From Thermoanaerobaculia bacterium (lineage in GTDB: Bacteria > Acidobacteriota > Thermoanaerobaculia > Multivoradales > Multivoraceae): a DNA stretch of 64,000 nucleotides. Shown one piece after another: positions 44,998 through 54,028 of this stretch. Positions within the stretch are counted from its first letter, which is position 1. The number at the start of each line of letters is the position of its first letter. The position numbers and the translations under genes were made by a program. Under the pieces are notes generated by a model. It had not been told where the DNA came from. It saw only the letters and a program-made list of their open reading frames with translations, and ran no database searches. The stretch spans positions 2,912,001 through 2,976,000 of the forward strand of contig OY762911.1 in NCBI GenBank assembly GCA_963666565.1. The letters are read 5' to 3'.

Positions 44998-46730
44998 GGC
45001 GGCGTCCCTGGGGCCGCAGCGGCCCTCTGCACGATGTGGTAACGGCCAGTCTCAAGCGTGACTGTCTGCGCGGCGCCGTCGGGCCAGCGGACCTCGACGA
45101 CGAGGCGGTTCCGGTTCTCGGCTGGCTCGCCGGTGCCCGGCAGCGGGAAGAGCAGCCGCGGATCGCGGGCGGCTGCGTAGCTGCCGTCGGTATGCACCCT
45201 GCGCCAGCCGCCTCCGTCGACGACGCGGGCGCGCGCGCCGTAAACGTCGACGAAGTCCTGCCGGTCGTCGCCGACTGCCTCCACCAGCCTCAGGCCGACC
45301 CAGTCGTCCGCCGGCTGGCGCCGGTTCAAGAGCACCCGCGCCGGTCCGGCGTTGTTCGTCACGACGAGATCCGGGTCGCCGTCGTTGTCCAGGTCGCCGA
45401 CCGCCAGGCCGCGGCTGACCTCGACGTGAACCGGCCGCTCGCGGCGTTCCGCCGGCACGGTCTCGAAACGGCCGTCACCGAGACCGCGGAAGAGCTGGTT
45501 CTCCATCCGCAGCGGGTGAGGATCGCCGGCCTCGACCTGGCTCTCGATCCGCCGCACCGCCCCGTTCGCGACGTAGAGATCGAGCACGCCGTCGCCGTCG
45601 AAGTCGAGGCTGGCGGCGCCGAAACCCGTCATCGGCCAGCTCGCGTCGATCAGGCCGGCCTCGCGGCTGCGGTCGTCGAAGATCCCGTCGCCGTCGTTCA
45701 GGTAGAGCGTGTTGTGCTCGCGGACGAGGTGGGAGAGGAAGATGTCGGGCGCGCCGTTGCCGTCGAAGTCGCCGACGGCCACGCCCATGCTGGCCTGCGG
45801 GCGGCCGTCGCGGTCGAAGGCGGCGCCCGCGAACACCGCGTCCTCGACGAAGGTCCCGTCGCCCCGGTTGAGCCAGAGGTGGTTGGCCATCTGGTCGTTG
45901 GCGACGTAGAGGTCGACGAGACCGTCGCCGTTGAAATCGGCGGCGACCGCGCCCAGCGCCGTGCCGGCGTCAACCGAGTCCGCGCCCAGGCCGGAACGGA
46001 CCGTGGCGTCGACGAAGGTGCCGTCGCCCAGGTTGCGGAGCAGGCGGTCGGCCTGCGCCGGCTGGCTGAGCGGCCCGCAGTAGTCCGGCTGGCCGCCGGT
46101 CAGGAAGCAGCGCTTGCGGTTGGCGCGGTGGAAGCGGTGGTAGTTGCCGACGTAGAGGTCGAGCCAGCCGTCGGCGTCGTAGTCGAAGAAGACGGCCGGC
46201 ACGCTGAATCGCCGGTCGTCTGCGCCGGCGGCCGCCGTGACGTCCTCGAAGCCGCGTCCGTCGATGTTGCGAAGGAGCCGGTTCGAGCCCAGGTTCGTCA
46301 GGTAGAGGTCGACCCAGCCGTCGCGGTCGTAGTCGCCGGTGGCGACGCCGGTGTTGTAGCCCGGCGCGTGGAGGCCGACTTCCCGCGTGGCGTCGGCGAA
46401 ACGGAGTTCCCCGGTCTCGGCGAGAGCGTTGCGGAACAGGCGGTCCGTGGGTTCGGCGGCCGGCGGCGGGAAGACGGGCTCGCGATCCTCGTCGCCGTCG
46501 AAGGAGCGGCCCTGCCCGAGGTAGACGTCGAGGTCGCCGTCGTTGTCGTAGTCGAACAGGGCGACTCCGGCGCCGACGACTTCGGCAGTGTAGAGCTGCC
46601 CGGTCATGCCGTTCCAGTGGACGAAGTCGATGCCCACCTCGGCGGCGACCTCTTGGAAGGCAGGCGAGACATCCTCGAGGCTTCCGGGCGCCGCGGCGAG
46701 GGCGGTGCTGAGCGCCAGTACGACCATCAT
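44994..46730 (-). CDS. CRTAC1 family protein (FG-GAP + ASPIC/UnbV)
   Basis: EVVGAGVALFDYDNDGDLD, PDYCGP, QASMG, SRGLAVGDLDNDGDPD, GSYAAARDPRL. Confidence 0.9.
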   Translation of the reverse strand: MMVVLALSTALAAAPGSLEDVSPAFQEVAAEVGIDFVHWNGMTGQLYTAEVVGAGVALFDYDNDGDLDVYLGQGRSFDGDEDREPVFPPPAAEPTDRLFRNALAETGELRFADATREVGLHAPGYNTGVATGDYDRDGWVDLYLTNLGSNRLLRNIDGRGFEDVTAAAGADDRRFSVPAVFFDYDADGWLDLYVGNYHRFHRANRKRCFLTGGQPDYCGPLSQPAQADRLLRNLGDGTFVDATVRSGLGADSVDAGTALGAVAADFNGDGLVDLYVANDQMANHLWLNRGDGTFVEDAVFAGAAFDRDGRPQASMGVAVGDFDGNGAPDIFLSHLVREHNTLYLNDGDGIFDDRSREAGLIDASWPMTGFGAASLDFDGDGVLDLYVANGAVRRIESQVEAGDPHPLRMENQLFRGLGDGRFETVPAERRERPVHVEVSRGLAVGDLDNDGDPDLVVTNNAGPARVLLNRRQPADDWVGLRLVEAVGDDRQDFVDVYGARARVVDGGGWRRVHTDGSYAAARDPRLLFPLPGTGEPAENRNRLVVEVRWPDGAAQTVTLETGRYHIVQRAAAAPGTPP

Positions 46731-46756
46731 GGCTGGGCGGCATCATACGACCGCCG

Positions 46757-46908
46757 CTGGGTGCGCGCTGGGTGCGCGGGTCTTCTGACCCGCTGCCGCC
46801 GAAGGCGGCCAACAGCATCGTCGCCGGCCTTGGGCCGGCGGCCCGACTGTCCGGGCTGCGCCGCTCCGCGGCGCCGCCCGATGCGGGTCGGAAGACCCGC
46901 GCACCCGG
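46757..46908. repeat. Family-A REP doublet with stuttered left end
   Basis: CTGGGTGCGCG-CTGGGTGCGCGGGTCTTCTGACCCGC...GCGGGTCGGAAGACCCGCGCACCC. Confidence 0.9.
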
Positions 46909-46918
46909 TGGGGGATGT

Positions 46919-49474
46919 CTAGCGGACCGGCTCCGTGCCGACCACGTTGTCGCGCTCCAGCGCATCGAGTTCCGATTCGCTCAGGCCGAGCAGCCGGCTC
47001 AGCACCTCGCGGTTGTGCTCGCCAAGCGTCGGCGCGGGCCACTCGACGGCGTAGGGCCGGTTCTCGCCGTCATCGCTCACGGGCCGGAATGGCGCGGACG
47101 GGTTGGGATGGTCGCCGACATGGGCGCGCTCGCGCCACTGCCAGTAGCCGCGGGCATCGAGATGCGGGTCGTAGAGCACGTCGAGGGTGTTCCGCAGCAC
47201 GGCGGCCGGCACGCCCGCGCCGGCGAGGCGTCGCTCCAGGGCCAGGCCGTCGTGGAGACTGGTGCGGGCCGCCAGCGCCCGGTCGAGTTCGTCCTCGCGC
47301 CGCTTCCGGGCCTCGGCGCTGGCGAAGCGGCCGTCCTCCGCGTCCATTCCGAGCGCCGCGCACAGGCCGCGCCACTGGTCCCCGGTCTCGACGGTGACGG
47401 TAATCCAGGGCTCGGCGCCGATGCACGGATAGACGCCCCAGGGCGCGAAGACCGGGTGGCGTCCGCCGGAGCGCTCGGGCGGGGCGCCGCGGACCGCCTG
47501 CTCGATCAGGCCGTGGGCCGCGAGCGGGAACATGGACTGGACGTGGGAGAGGTCGACGTACTGGCCCTCGCCGGTCCGCTTGAGGTGGCGGAGGGCGGTC
47601 AGCAGCGCCGCGGCCCCGTTGATGCCGGCGATCGGGTCGCCCAGGGCGACGTGCTGCATCGTCGGCGGGTCGCTGGCGCGGCCGTTCAGGTGGGGCAGCC
47701 CCGAAGCCTGCTCGACGGTCGAGCCGTAGGCGCGGTGGTTCAGCCACGGGCCGCTCGCGCCGAACGGCGGCATGGAGACCATGACGAGCTCCTGGTTCGC
47801 CCGGCGCAGGCAGTCGTAGTCGAGACCCAGCTTCGGCAGGACGCTGGCGGTGTAGTTCTCGATCACCGCGTCCGACTTCGCGACGAGCCGCAGCAGCAGG
47901 TCCTTGCCGCGCCGGCTGGTCAGGTCGAGCGTGATCCCCAGCTTGTTGCGCCCGGTCGTGTTGAAGGCGGTCGATTGCTCGTAGAGCTTCTGCGCGATCG
48001 ACTCCGGCGTCGACTCCCAGCCGCGCCACCAGTCGAAGTACTGGCACGACTCGACCTTGATCACCTCGGCGCCCAGGTCGGCGAGCTGGCGGGTGGCGAG
48101 CGGGCCGGCCCAGCCCATCGTCAGGTCGACGATGCGGATGTCCTGGAGGTGGGCCGGCCGGCGGCTGGCCGGTCGGCGCGCCGGCCCGACATCCGACCGT
48201 CCGCTGACGGGAGCTCGGACTGTGACGCTGGTTGCGCGCGGACGCGCCGCCAGGGTTCTGGCCGGCATCCGGTCCGCCGGCTGCTCGGGGTCGACGGCCG
48301 GTTGCGCGCTGGACCCCTGGCCTTCGGCTGCAGTCGCTACGCGGTCGTGTTCGCCCAGGCGCGGCGCCCTCCCGCCAATTGCCGCGGGAGTGCGGTGCAG
48401 GCGAAACGGCGTGCCTGCGGCGGGAAAGCTCCCCTGGTCGGGATGTTCGGCTTCGACCCAGGCGCCGCGGTCCCGGAACTGCTCGAGGTCGAACAGCTCG
48501 GCCGGCGTCGGCGCCAGCGCAAGCGGGATGCGCGCGGCCTGCCCGGCTTCGACCCACTCCAGGGCGGTCCGTTCGAGCAGGCGCGGGCGGATCGCCGCGT
48601 CGATTCGGTCGGCGTCCTCCAGCCGGTTGATCGACACCTGGTATCGGGGTTCGGTCCCGAGTTCGGGAAGGCCCAGGAGGGCGCAGAAGCTCCGCCATTG
48701 CGAGGGCGTTACCGTCGTCACGCCGAGCCAGCCGTCGCGGCACGGATACACGCCAACCGGGAAGGTCGGCCAGAAGCGGTTGATGCCGAGGCGGGGACGG
48801 ATCTCGCCGGTCGCGAGTGTGCCCGGAGGGCCCGGTTCGGTGATGCACATCGCGGCCTCGAAGATGGAGACGTCGAGGTGAAGCGGAGCGTCGAGCCGGC
48901 CGGTCCCGCGCGCCAGCAGATGGCCCGCGGCGGCGACGTATGCGAGTGTGCCGGCGACGATCTGCGGCGCGTGGCCCGTCGCCAGAATCGGCGGGCCTTC
49001 GGCGGTTCCGATCGCCCGGGCTGCGCCGGTGTGGGTGCTGATGACCGGGTCCGTGGAGGCGCGGCCGGCATAGGGCCCCGAGGCGCCGAACCAGGAGATG
49101 GAGAGCCGCGTCTGGCGGTCGAGCAGCCTCCTCTCAGCGGTGGGGTCGGCGTCGAGGATGAGATCGGCGGCACCGAGGAGGGCGCGGGCCTCCGCGTGCT
49201 CCGGGAGGGCCGCAACGCTTCGCTTGCCGAGGGAGAGCCACGTCGCGAGCGCGCTGGCCTCGGGCGGGGACGACCGCGGATGGAAGGGATGCAGGCGGCG
49301 GATCGGGTGGCCTTCGCCCGGCGGTTCGAGGTTCGTCACCGTCGCGCCGAGGTCGCGGAAGAGCTTGCCGCAGTAGGCGGTCGCGACCGTGCCGGCAAGG
49401 TCGACGGCGTGGATGCCGTGCAGGGCACCGCGTCGGGGTTCTCGTTTCGCGGACTTCTCGGTGTCGTCTTGCAT
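46919..49474 (-). CDS. Double-domain CoA-transferase family III (CaiB/BaiF)
   Basis: Two halves: AYCGKLFRDLGATV..GKRSV..APRLGEH and WAGPLATRQLADLGAEVIKVE..RNKLGITLDL..APTLGEH. Confidence 0.9.
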   Translation of the reverse strand: MQDDTEKSAKREPRRGALHGIHAVDLAGTVATAYCGKLFRDLGATVTNLEPPGEGHPIRRLHPFHPRSSPPEASALATWLSLGKRSVAALPEHAEARALLGAADLILDADPTAERRLLDRQTRLSISWFGASGPYAGRASTDPVISTHTGAARAIGTAEGPPILATGHAPQIVAGTLAYVAAAGHLLARGTGRLDAPLHLDVSIFEAAMCITEPGPPGTLATGEIRPRLGINRFWPTFPVGVYPCRDGWLGVTTVTPSQWRSFCALLGLPELGTEPRYQVSINRLEDADRIDAAIRPRLLERTALEWVEAGQAARIPLALAPTPAELFDLEQFRDRGAWVEAEHPDQGSFPAAGTPFRLHRTPAAIGGRAPRLGEHDRVATAAEGQGSSAQPAVDPEQPADRMPARTLAARPRATSVTVRAPVSGRSDVGPARRPASRRPAHLQDIRIVDLTMGWAGPLATRQLADLGAEVIKVESCQYFDWWRGWESTPESIAQKLYEQSTAFNTTGRNKLGITLDLTSRRGKDLLLRLVAKSDAVIENYTASVLPKLGLDYDCLRRANQELVMVSMPPFGASGPWLNHRAYGSTVEQASGLPHLNGRASDPPTMQHVALGDPIAGINGAAALLTALRHLKRTGEGQYVDLSHVQSMFPLAAHGLIEQAVRGAPPERSGGRHPVFAPWGVYPCIGAEPWITVTVETGDQWRGLCAALGMDAEDGRFASAEARKRREDELDRALAARTSLHDGLALERRLAGAGVPAAVLRNTLDVLYDPHLDARGYWQWRERAHVGDHPNPSAPFRPVSDDGENRPYAVEWPAPTLGEHNREVLSRLLGLSESELDALERDNVVGTEPVR
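48174..48270. repeat. Family-B repeat in frame in the CoA-transferase interdomain linker
   Basis: Minus strand GATGCCGGCC..CCCTGGCGGCGCG..CAGTCCGAGCTCCCGTCAGCGGACGGTCGGATG; encodes VRAPVSGR. Confidence 0.7.
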
Positions 49475-49523
49475 TGGAACTTGCCGCGAGAGCGTCGGCG
49501 ACGATAGCGGAGCCGGCCGCCCG

Positions 49524-49692
49524 CCGGGTGCGCGGGTCCTCTGACCCGCATGCCGCCGAAGGCGGCCATTAGCGTCGCCGGCCTTTGGGCGGCGTCCTTC
49601 TTGTCCGGGCTGCGCCGCTACGCGGCTTCGCCCGAAGAGCGGGTCGGAAGACCCGCGCACCCAGCGTCCGGCTGTCAGACCCACGCACCCGG
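49524..49692. repeat. Family-A REP doublet plus a degenerate third end
   Basis: Same inverted ends and body as 1292-1434; extra GTCAGACCCACGCACCC. Confidence 0.9.
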
Positions 49693-49715
49693 CGGAGGGC
49701 GTAGGATGCGTTTCC

Positions 49716-50975
49716 GTGAAACGCCAGACGTATCTCCGGCTATCCGTCATGATGCTCCTGCAGTACGGCGTATGGGGCGTCTGGCTGCCGGTCCTGGCCC
49801 GCTACCTCCAGGCCGATCAGGCCGAGGGCGGCCTGGGCTTCAGTCCCGGCCAGGTCGGCTGGATCCTGGGCCTGGCGAGTTCGATCGGCGCCGTCACCGC
49901 GCCCTTCGTTGCCGGCCAGCTTGCGGACCGCTCGTTCTCGACCCAGCGCGTCCTCGCGGTGCTGCTGCTGGCCGGCGGCGCCGTCAAGATCGTCACCGCG
50001 TACCAGACGAGCTTCTCCGCCTGGCTTTGGCTCTCGGTGGCCTACTCGGTCCTCTACACGCCGACGCTGGCGCTCTCGAACTCGCTCGCCTTCGCGCACA
50101 TGGACGACCCCGACGGCCAGTTTCCGAAGGTGCGGGTATGGGGCACGATCGGCTGGATCGCGGCGAGCTGGGCGTTCCCGCTGTTCTGGCTGCTCTCCGA
50201 CGTGCGCTTCTCCTGGCTGCCGCCGTTCTACGTCGGGGTCGAGGCCACGGACGCGACGGCCCGCCTGGTCGACTCGCTGATCTGGAGCGGCCTTCTCGCC
50301 TTCGGTTACGCCCTGTTCTGCTTGGTGTTGCCTGCGACGCCGCCGCGGCGGGACGCGGAGGAGAAGCTGGCCTTCGCCAAGGCCTTCGCGCTGTTCCGCC
50401 GGCGCTCGTTCGCGGTGCTCGTCGCGGCGAGCCTGCCGATCGCGGTAATCCACCAGATCTACTTCATGCAGACCGCGCCGTTCATGAGCGAGGTCCTGGG
50501 GCTCGCGGACAGCCGGATCGGACCGGCAATGAGCATCGGCCAGTTCGCCGAGATCGCGGTCATGGTGGCCACGGGCTGGCTGCTGTCCCGGCTCGGGTTT
50601 CGGGGCGTGATCGTCGTCGGCGCCTTCGCCTACTGCGCGCGCTACGCGATCTTCGGCAGCGACTTTCTGCCCGTGGAGGTCATCGTCGCCAGCCAGGCGC
50701 TGCACGGCCTCTGCTACGCGTGCTTCTTCGCCGCTGCGTTCATCTACGTGGACCGCATCGCCGAGCCGGATGTCAGGCACTCGGCGCAGACGGTGTTCGG
50801 GATCGTGATTCTGGGTCTCGGGCCGGTCTTGGCGGCGCCGGTGCTCCAGGTGCTGTCGGAGGTCTTCACGAACGAGGCCGGCGTGCTGGACTATTCGGCG
50901 CTGTGGTACTCGCTGTCGGCGCTGGCGCTGCTGACGATGCTGGCCTTCGGGGCGCTCTTCCGCGACGAGACCTGA
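49716..50975 (+). CDS. MFS transporter, nucleoside:H+ symporter (NHS/YegT-like) family
   Basis: LSVMMLLQYGVWGVW, GQLADR, YTPTLALSNS, RVWGTIGWI, MSIGQFAEI, LHGLCY. Confidence 0.9.
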   Translation: MKRQTYLRLSVMMLLQYGVWGVWLPVLARYLQADQAEGGLGFSPGQVGWILGLASSIGAVTAPFVAGQLADRSFSTQRVLAVLLLAGGAVKIVTAYQTSFSAWLWLSVAYSVLYTPTLALSNSLAFAHMDDPDGQFPKVRVWGTIGWIAASWAFPLFWLLSDVRFSWLPPFYVGVEATDATARLVDSLIWSGLLAFGYALFCLVLPATPPRRDAEEKLAFAKAFALFRRRSFAVLVAASLPIAVIHQIYFMQTAPFMSEVLGLADSRIGPAMSIGQFAEIAVMVATGWLLSRLGFRGVIVVGAFAYCARYAIFGSDFLPVEVIVASQALHGLCYACFFAAAFIYVDRIAEPDVRHSAQTVFGIVILGLGPVLAAPVLQVLSEVFTNEAGVLDYSALWYSLSALALLTMLAFGALFRDET

Positions 50976-50979
50976 TTCG

Positions 50980-51122
50980 CTGGGTGCGCGGGTCTTCCGA
51001 CCCGCCCACCGGGCGAAGCCGCGGAGCGGCGCAGCCCGGAGAAAAAGGACGCCGGCCAGAGGCCGGCGACGATACTGGCCGCCGCCTCCGGCGGCAGCGG
51101 GTCAGAAGACCCGCGCACCCAG
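50980..51122. repeat. Family-A REP doublet (opposite orientation)
   Basis: Inverted REP ends between convergent genes. Confidence 0.9.
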
Positions 51123-51126
51123 CGAA

Positions 51127-51993
51127 TCAGACGTCGCAGACGCTCACACCATGCGCGAGAGCGGCGAGCTTGTCGTCGCTCTTGGGGATGAACTCCTGGC
51201 CCACGATGCCCGTGTAGCCGGTTTCCAGGATGGCGCGCATGATCGCCGGGTAGTACAGCTCCTGGTCCTCGTCCAGTTCGTTGCGGCCGGGGTTGCCGGC
51301 CGTGTGGTAGTGCCCGATGTGCTGGTGGAAGTCGCGGATCGTGCGGATGACGTCCCCTTCCATGACCTGCGCGTGGTAGATGTCGTAGAGGATCTTGAAC
51401 CGGTCCGAGGCGACCCGGTCCACCAGTTCGACCAGCCAGGGCATGTTGTCGGCCATGTAGTCGGCGTGGTTGACCTTGGAGTTCAGCAGTTCCATGCAGA
51501 TGGTGACGCCCTCGCGCTCGGCGTGGCCGACGATCTGCTTAAGGGCCGTCACGCAGTTCTCCAGGCCGACGCTGTCGGCCATGCCGTCGCGGTTGCCCGA
51601 GAAGGTGATCACGTTGGGAAAGCCGGCCTCGGCGGTGGCGTCGATGGCTGTCGCGATCGCCTCCAGGCAGGCCTCGTGGTTGGCGGGGTCGTTCAGGCCC
51701 TTCGGGATGCCGTGGCTGTTCGTCATGGCGCAGGAGAGGCCGTGTTCCCGCAGGGTCGGGAAGGCCTCGGGACCCAGGATCTCGATCGATTCGAGACCCA
51801 TCGCGCTGGCGGCGGCGGCAAGTTCCCCGAGCGGTATGCGGCCGTAGCACCACTGGCACACGGACTGGCGGATTCTCCCGTTCCTGATCACCCGTTCCTG
51901 TTGGGCGGGCACGGCCGTGGGAACGGCGGCGGCCGCGGCGACCGAAGCGGCGCCGGCGATCAGGGTGCGGCGGGACAGAGGTTCTGCGTTCAT
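51127..51993 (-). CDS. Hydroxypyruvate isomerase-like TIM-barrel protein with Tat signal
   Basis: SRRTLI; QSVCQWCY; MELLNSKVNH; LYDIYHAQVMEG; HYHTAGNPGR; GQEF. Confidence 0.9.
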   Translation of the reverse strand: MNAEPLSRRTLIAGAASVAAAAAVPTAVPAQQERVIRNGRIRQSVCQWCYGRIPLGELAAAASAMGLESIEILGPEAFPTLREHGLSCAMTNSHGIPKGLNDPANHEACLEAIATAIDATAEAGFPNVITFSGNRDGMADSVGLENCVTALKQIVGHAEREGVTICMELLNSKVNHADYMADNMPWLVELVDRVASDRFKILYDIYHAQVMEGDVIRTIRDFHQHIGHYHTAGNPGRNELDEDQELYYPAIMRAILETGYTGIVGQEFIPKSDDKLAALAHGVSVCDV

Positions 51994-52049
51994 GGGATGT
52001 CCTCCGGTTGACGTTCATCTTAGCCCCCGGCGTTTCGCCCGGCTCTGTA

Positions 52050-52135
52050 GCCGCCTGCGGCCGGCGGCCCTGTCTTCCGGGCTGCGTCGCTCCGCGACAC
52101 AGCCCGTGGGCGGGTCGGAAGACCCGCGCACCCAG
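52050..52135. repeat. Family-A partial element
   Basis: TCCGGGCTGCGTCGCTCCGCG...GCGGGTCGGAAGACCCGCGCACCCAG. Confidence 0.85.
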
Positions 52136-52165
52136 CGGAAGGCCGGCTCGGCTACGATTCGGGCC

Positions 52166-53008
52166 ATGCGGACCAACGGCGAGTCGAGACGAGGCTGGCG
52201 GGCGCCCGCGCTCGTGGCCGTTCTGACGCTGCTCATGGCCTCGCTGACCACCGCCCAGTGGTGGCGCCCGGTGCCGGCTCGCTACCCCGAGGAGGGCCGC
52301 CAGTATCTGGAGGGCTTCGTCTTCTGCCGCGGCCAGTACCGGCAGGTCATCGACGAGTGGCTGGGCCAGGGCTGGTTCACGGACTACCCCGACTCCGAGT
52401 ACAACTTCATGACCCGGCTGGCCCAGTTGACGACGGTCGAGATCCAGCGGACCGCGTTCGGCGACCCGGAACACCTGGTGCTCACGCTCGACGACCCGCG
52501 GCTGTTCGAATTCCCGTTCCTGTTCATGTCGGACGTCGGCACGATCGGCATCGACGACGTCGAGGCGCAGAACCTGCGGCACTACCTGCTGGCCGGGGGC
52601 TTTCTCTACGTGGACGACTTCTGGGGGCCGACGGCGTGGGACCGCTGGGCGCGGCAGATCGGCCGGGTGCTGCCGCCGGGCGAGTACCCGATCGTCGACA
52701 TTCCGCTCGATCACCCGATCTTCAGCACCTTCTTCACGGTCGACGAGGTGCCGCAGATCCCGTCGATCCAGTACTGGAACATGAGCGGCCGCGCCGGCAC
52801 CTCGGAGCGGGGCATGGACTCCGCCGAACCGCACTTCCGCGGCATCTTCGACGAGAACGGCCGCCTGATGGTGGCGATGACCCATAACACGGACATCGCC
52901 GACGGCTGGGAGCGGGAGGGCGAGTCGCGGGAGTTCTTCGAGCGCTTCTCGCTGACGAAGTCCTACCCGTTCGGCGTCAACCTGGTCCTGTACGCGCTGT
53001 CGCACTGA
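52166..53008 (+). CDS. DUF4159 domain secreted protein
   Basis: WFTDYPDSE, FPFLFM, LRHYLLAGGFLYVDDFWG, HPIF, HNTDIADGWE, GVNLVLYALSH. Confidence 0.85.
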   Translation: MRTNGESRRGWRAPALVAVLTLLMASLTTAQWWRPVPARYPEEGRQYLEGFVFCRGQYRQVIDEWLGQGWFTDYPDSEYNFMTRLAQLTTVEIQRTAFGDPEHLVLTLDDPRLFEFPFLFMSDVGTIGIDDVEAQNLRHYLLAGGFLYVDDFWGPTAWDRWARQIGRVLPPGEYPIVDIPLDHPIFSTFFTVDEVPQIPSIQYWNMSGRAGTSERGMDSAEPHFRGIFDENGRLMVAMTHNTDIADGWEREGESREFFERFSLTKSYPFGVNLVLYALSH

Positions 53009-53118
53009 GGACGGCTCGGGGTCCGCGGGGCGGCGCGACGGACTGCTAGGGTCCGCGCATCCGCCCGGCCGCGCCGGCCGGCCGGTTCCCGAATCCACTC
53101 CCCGACGAGGACAGACAC

Positions 53119-54018
53119 ATGGCACGCACGCCGCTACGTTCCCGTTTCCCGGCGGTTCCCGCCGCGATCGCCGCCGCCCTCCTGGCCGCTCCGACCGCGG
53201 CGCAGCAGGACTTCTCTGCCGTCGAGGTGACCGCCGAACACGTCGCCGGCGCGGTCCACATGCTGACCGGCGCCGGCGGCAACATCGGCGTTTCGGCCGG
53301 CGAGGACGGCATCCTGATCGTCGACGACCAGTTCGCGCCCCTGGCCGACAAGATCCGGGCGGCGCTCGCCGGGATCTCGCCCGGCGACCTCGAGTTCGTC
53401 GTCAACACCCACTTCCACTTCGACCACACGGGCGGCAACGCCATCTTCGGCAAGGAGGCGCTGATCGTGGCCCACACGAATGTGCGCAAGCGGCTGGCGG
53501 AGGGCGCGGGGGTGCGCGGCCGACCCGCCGAGCCGGCGCCGAAGGAGGCCCTGCCGGTCGTCACCTACGACGACGGACTGTCGATCCACTTCAACGGCGA
53601 GGAGGTCGTGGTCGGCCACCTGCAGGCCGGGCACACGGACGGCGACAGCTTCATCTACTTCACGGACTCGAACGTCGTTCACCTGGGCGATCAGTTCTTC
53701 GCCGGGCGCTTCCCCTTCGTCGACGTCGGCAACGGCGGCAACGCGGTCGGGCTGCGGGACAGCATCGGGTGGGCGCTCGATCACCTGCCGGCCGACGCGA
53801 AGGTGATCCCCGGCCACGGGCCGCTGTCGTCCGTGGACGACCTGAGGAAGTACCACCGGATGCTCGCCGAGTGCGTGGCGACCGTGAAGGCGGGCAAGGA
53901 CGCGGGCAAGACGGTGGAGGAGATCCAGGCCGCCGGACTGCCGGACGAGTGGGACGGCTGGGGTTCCGGCTTCATCAACGAGGCCGTCTTCATCGGTTTC
54001 ATTTTCGAGAGCCTGTAG
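53119..54018 (+). CDS. Secreted metallo-beta-lactamase fold hydrolase (cyclase-like)
   Basis: NTHFHFDHTGGN, HTDGD, HLGD, VIPGHG; signal peptide. Confidence 0.9.
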   Translation: MARTPLRSRFPAVPAAIAAALLAAPTAAQQDFSAVEVTAEHVAGAVHMLTGAGGNIGVSAGEDGILIVDDQFAPLADKIRAALAGISPGDLEFVVNTHFHFDHTGGNAIFGKEALIVAHTNVRKRLAEGAGVRGRPAEPAPKEALPVVTYDDGLSIHFNGEEVVVGHLQAGHTDGDSFIYFTDSNVVHLGDQFFAGRFPFVDVGNGGNAVGLRDSIGWALDHLPADAKVIPGHGPLSSVDDLRKYHRMLAECVATVKAGKDAGKTVEEIQAAGLPDEWDGWGSGFINEAVFIGFIFESL

Positions 54019-54028
54019 GAGGGTCGCC

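Noticed and set aside
53119-54018. Carbapenemase / resistance gene
   Set aside because: HxHxDH fold of the widespread cyclase-like MBL group; no evidence for beta-lactamase activity and no mobile context
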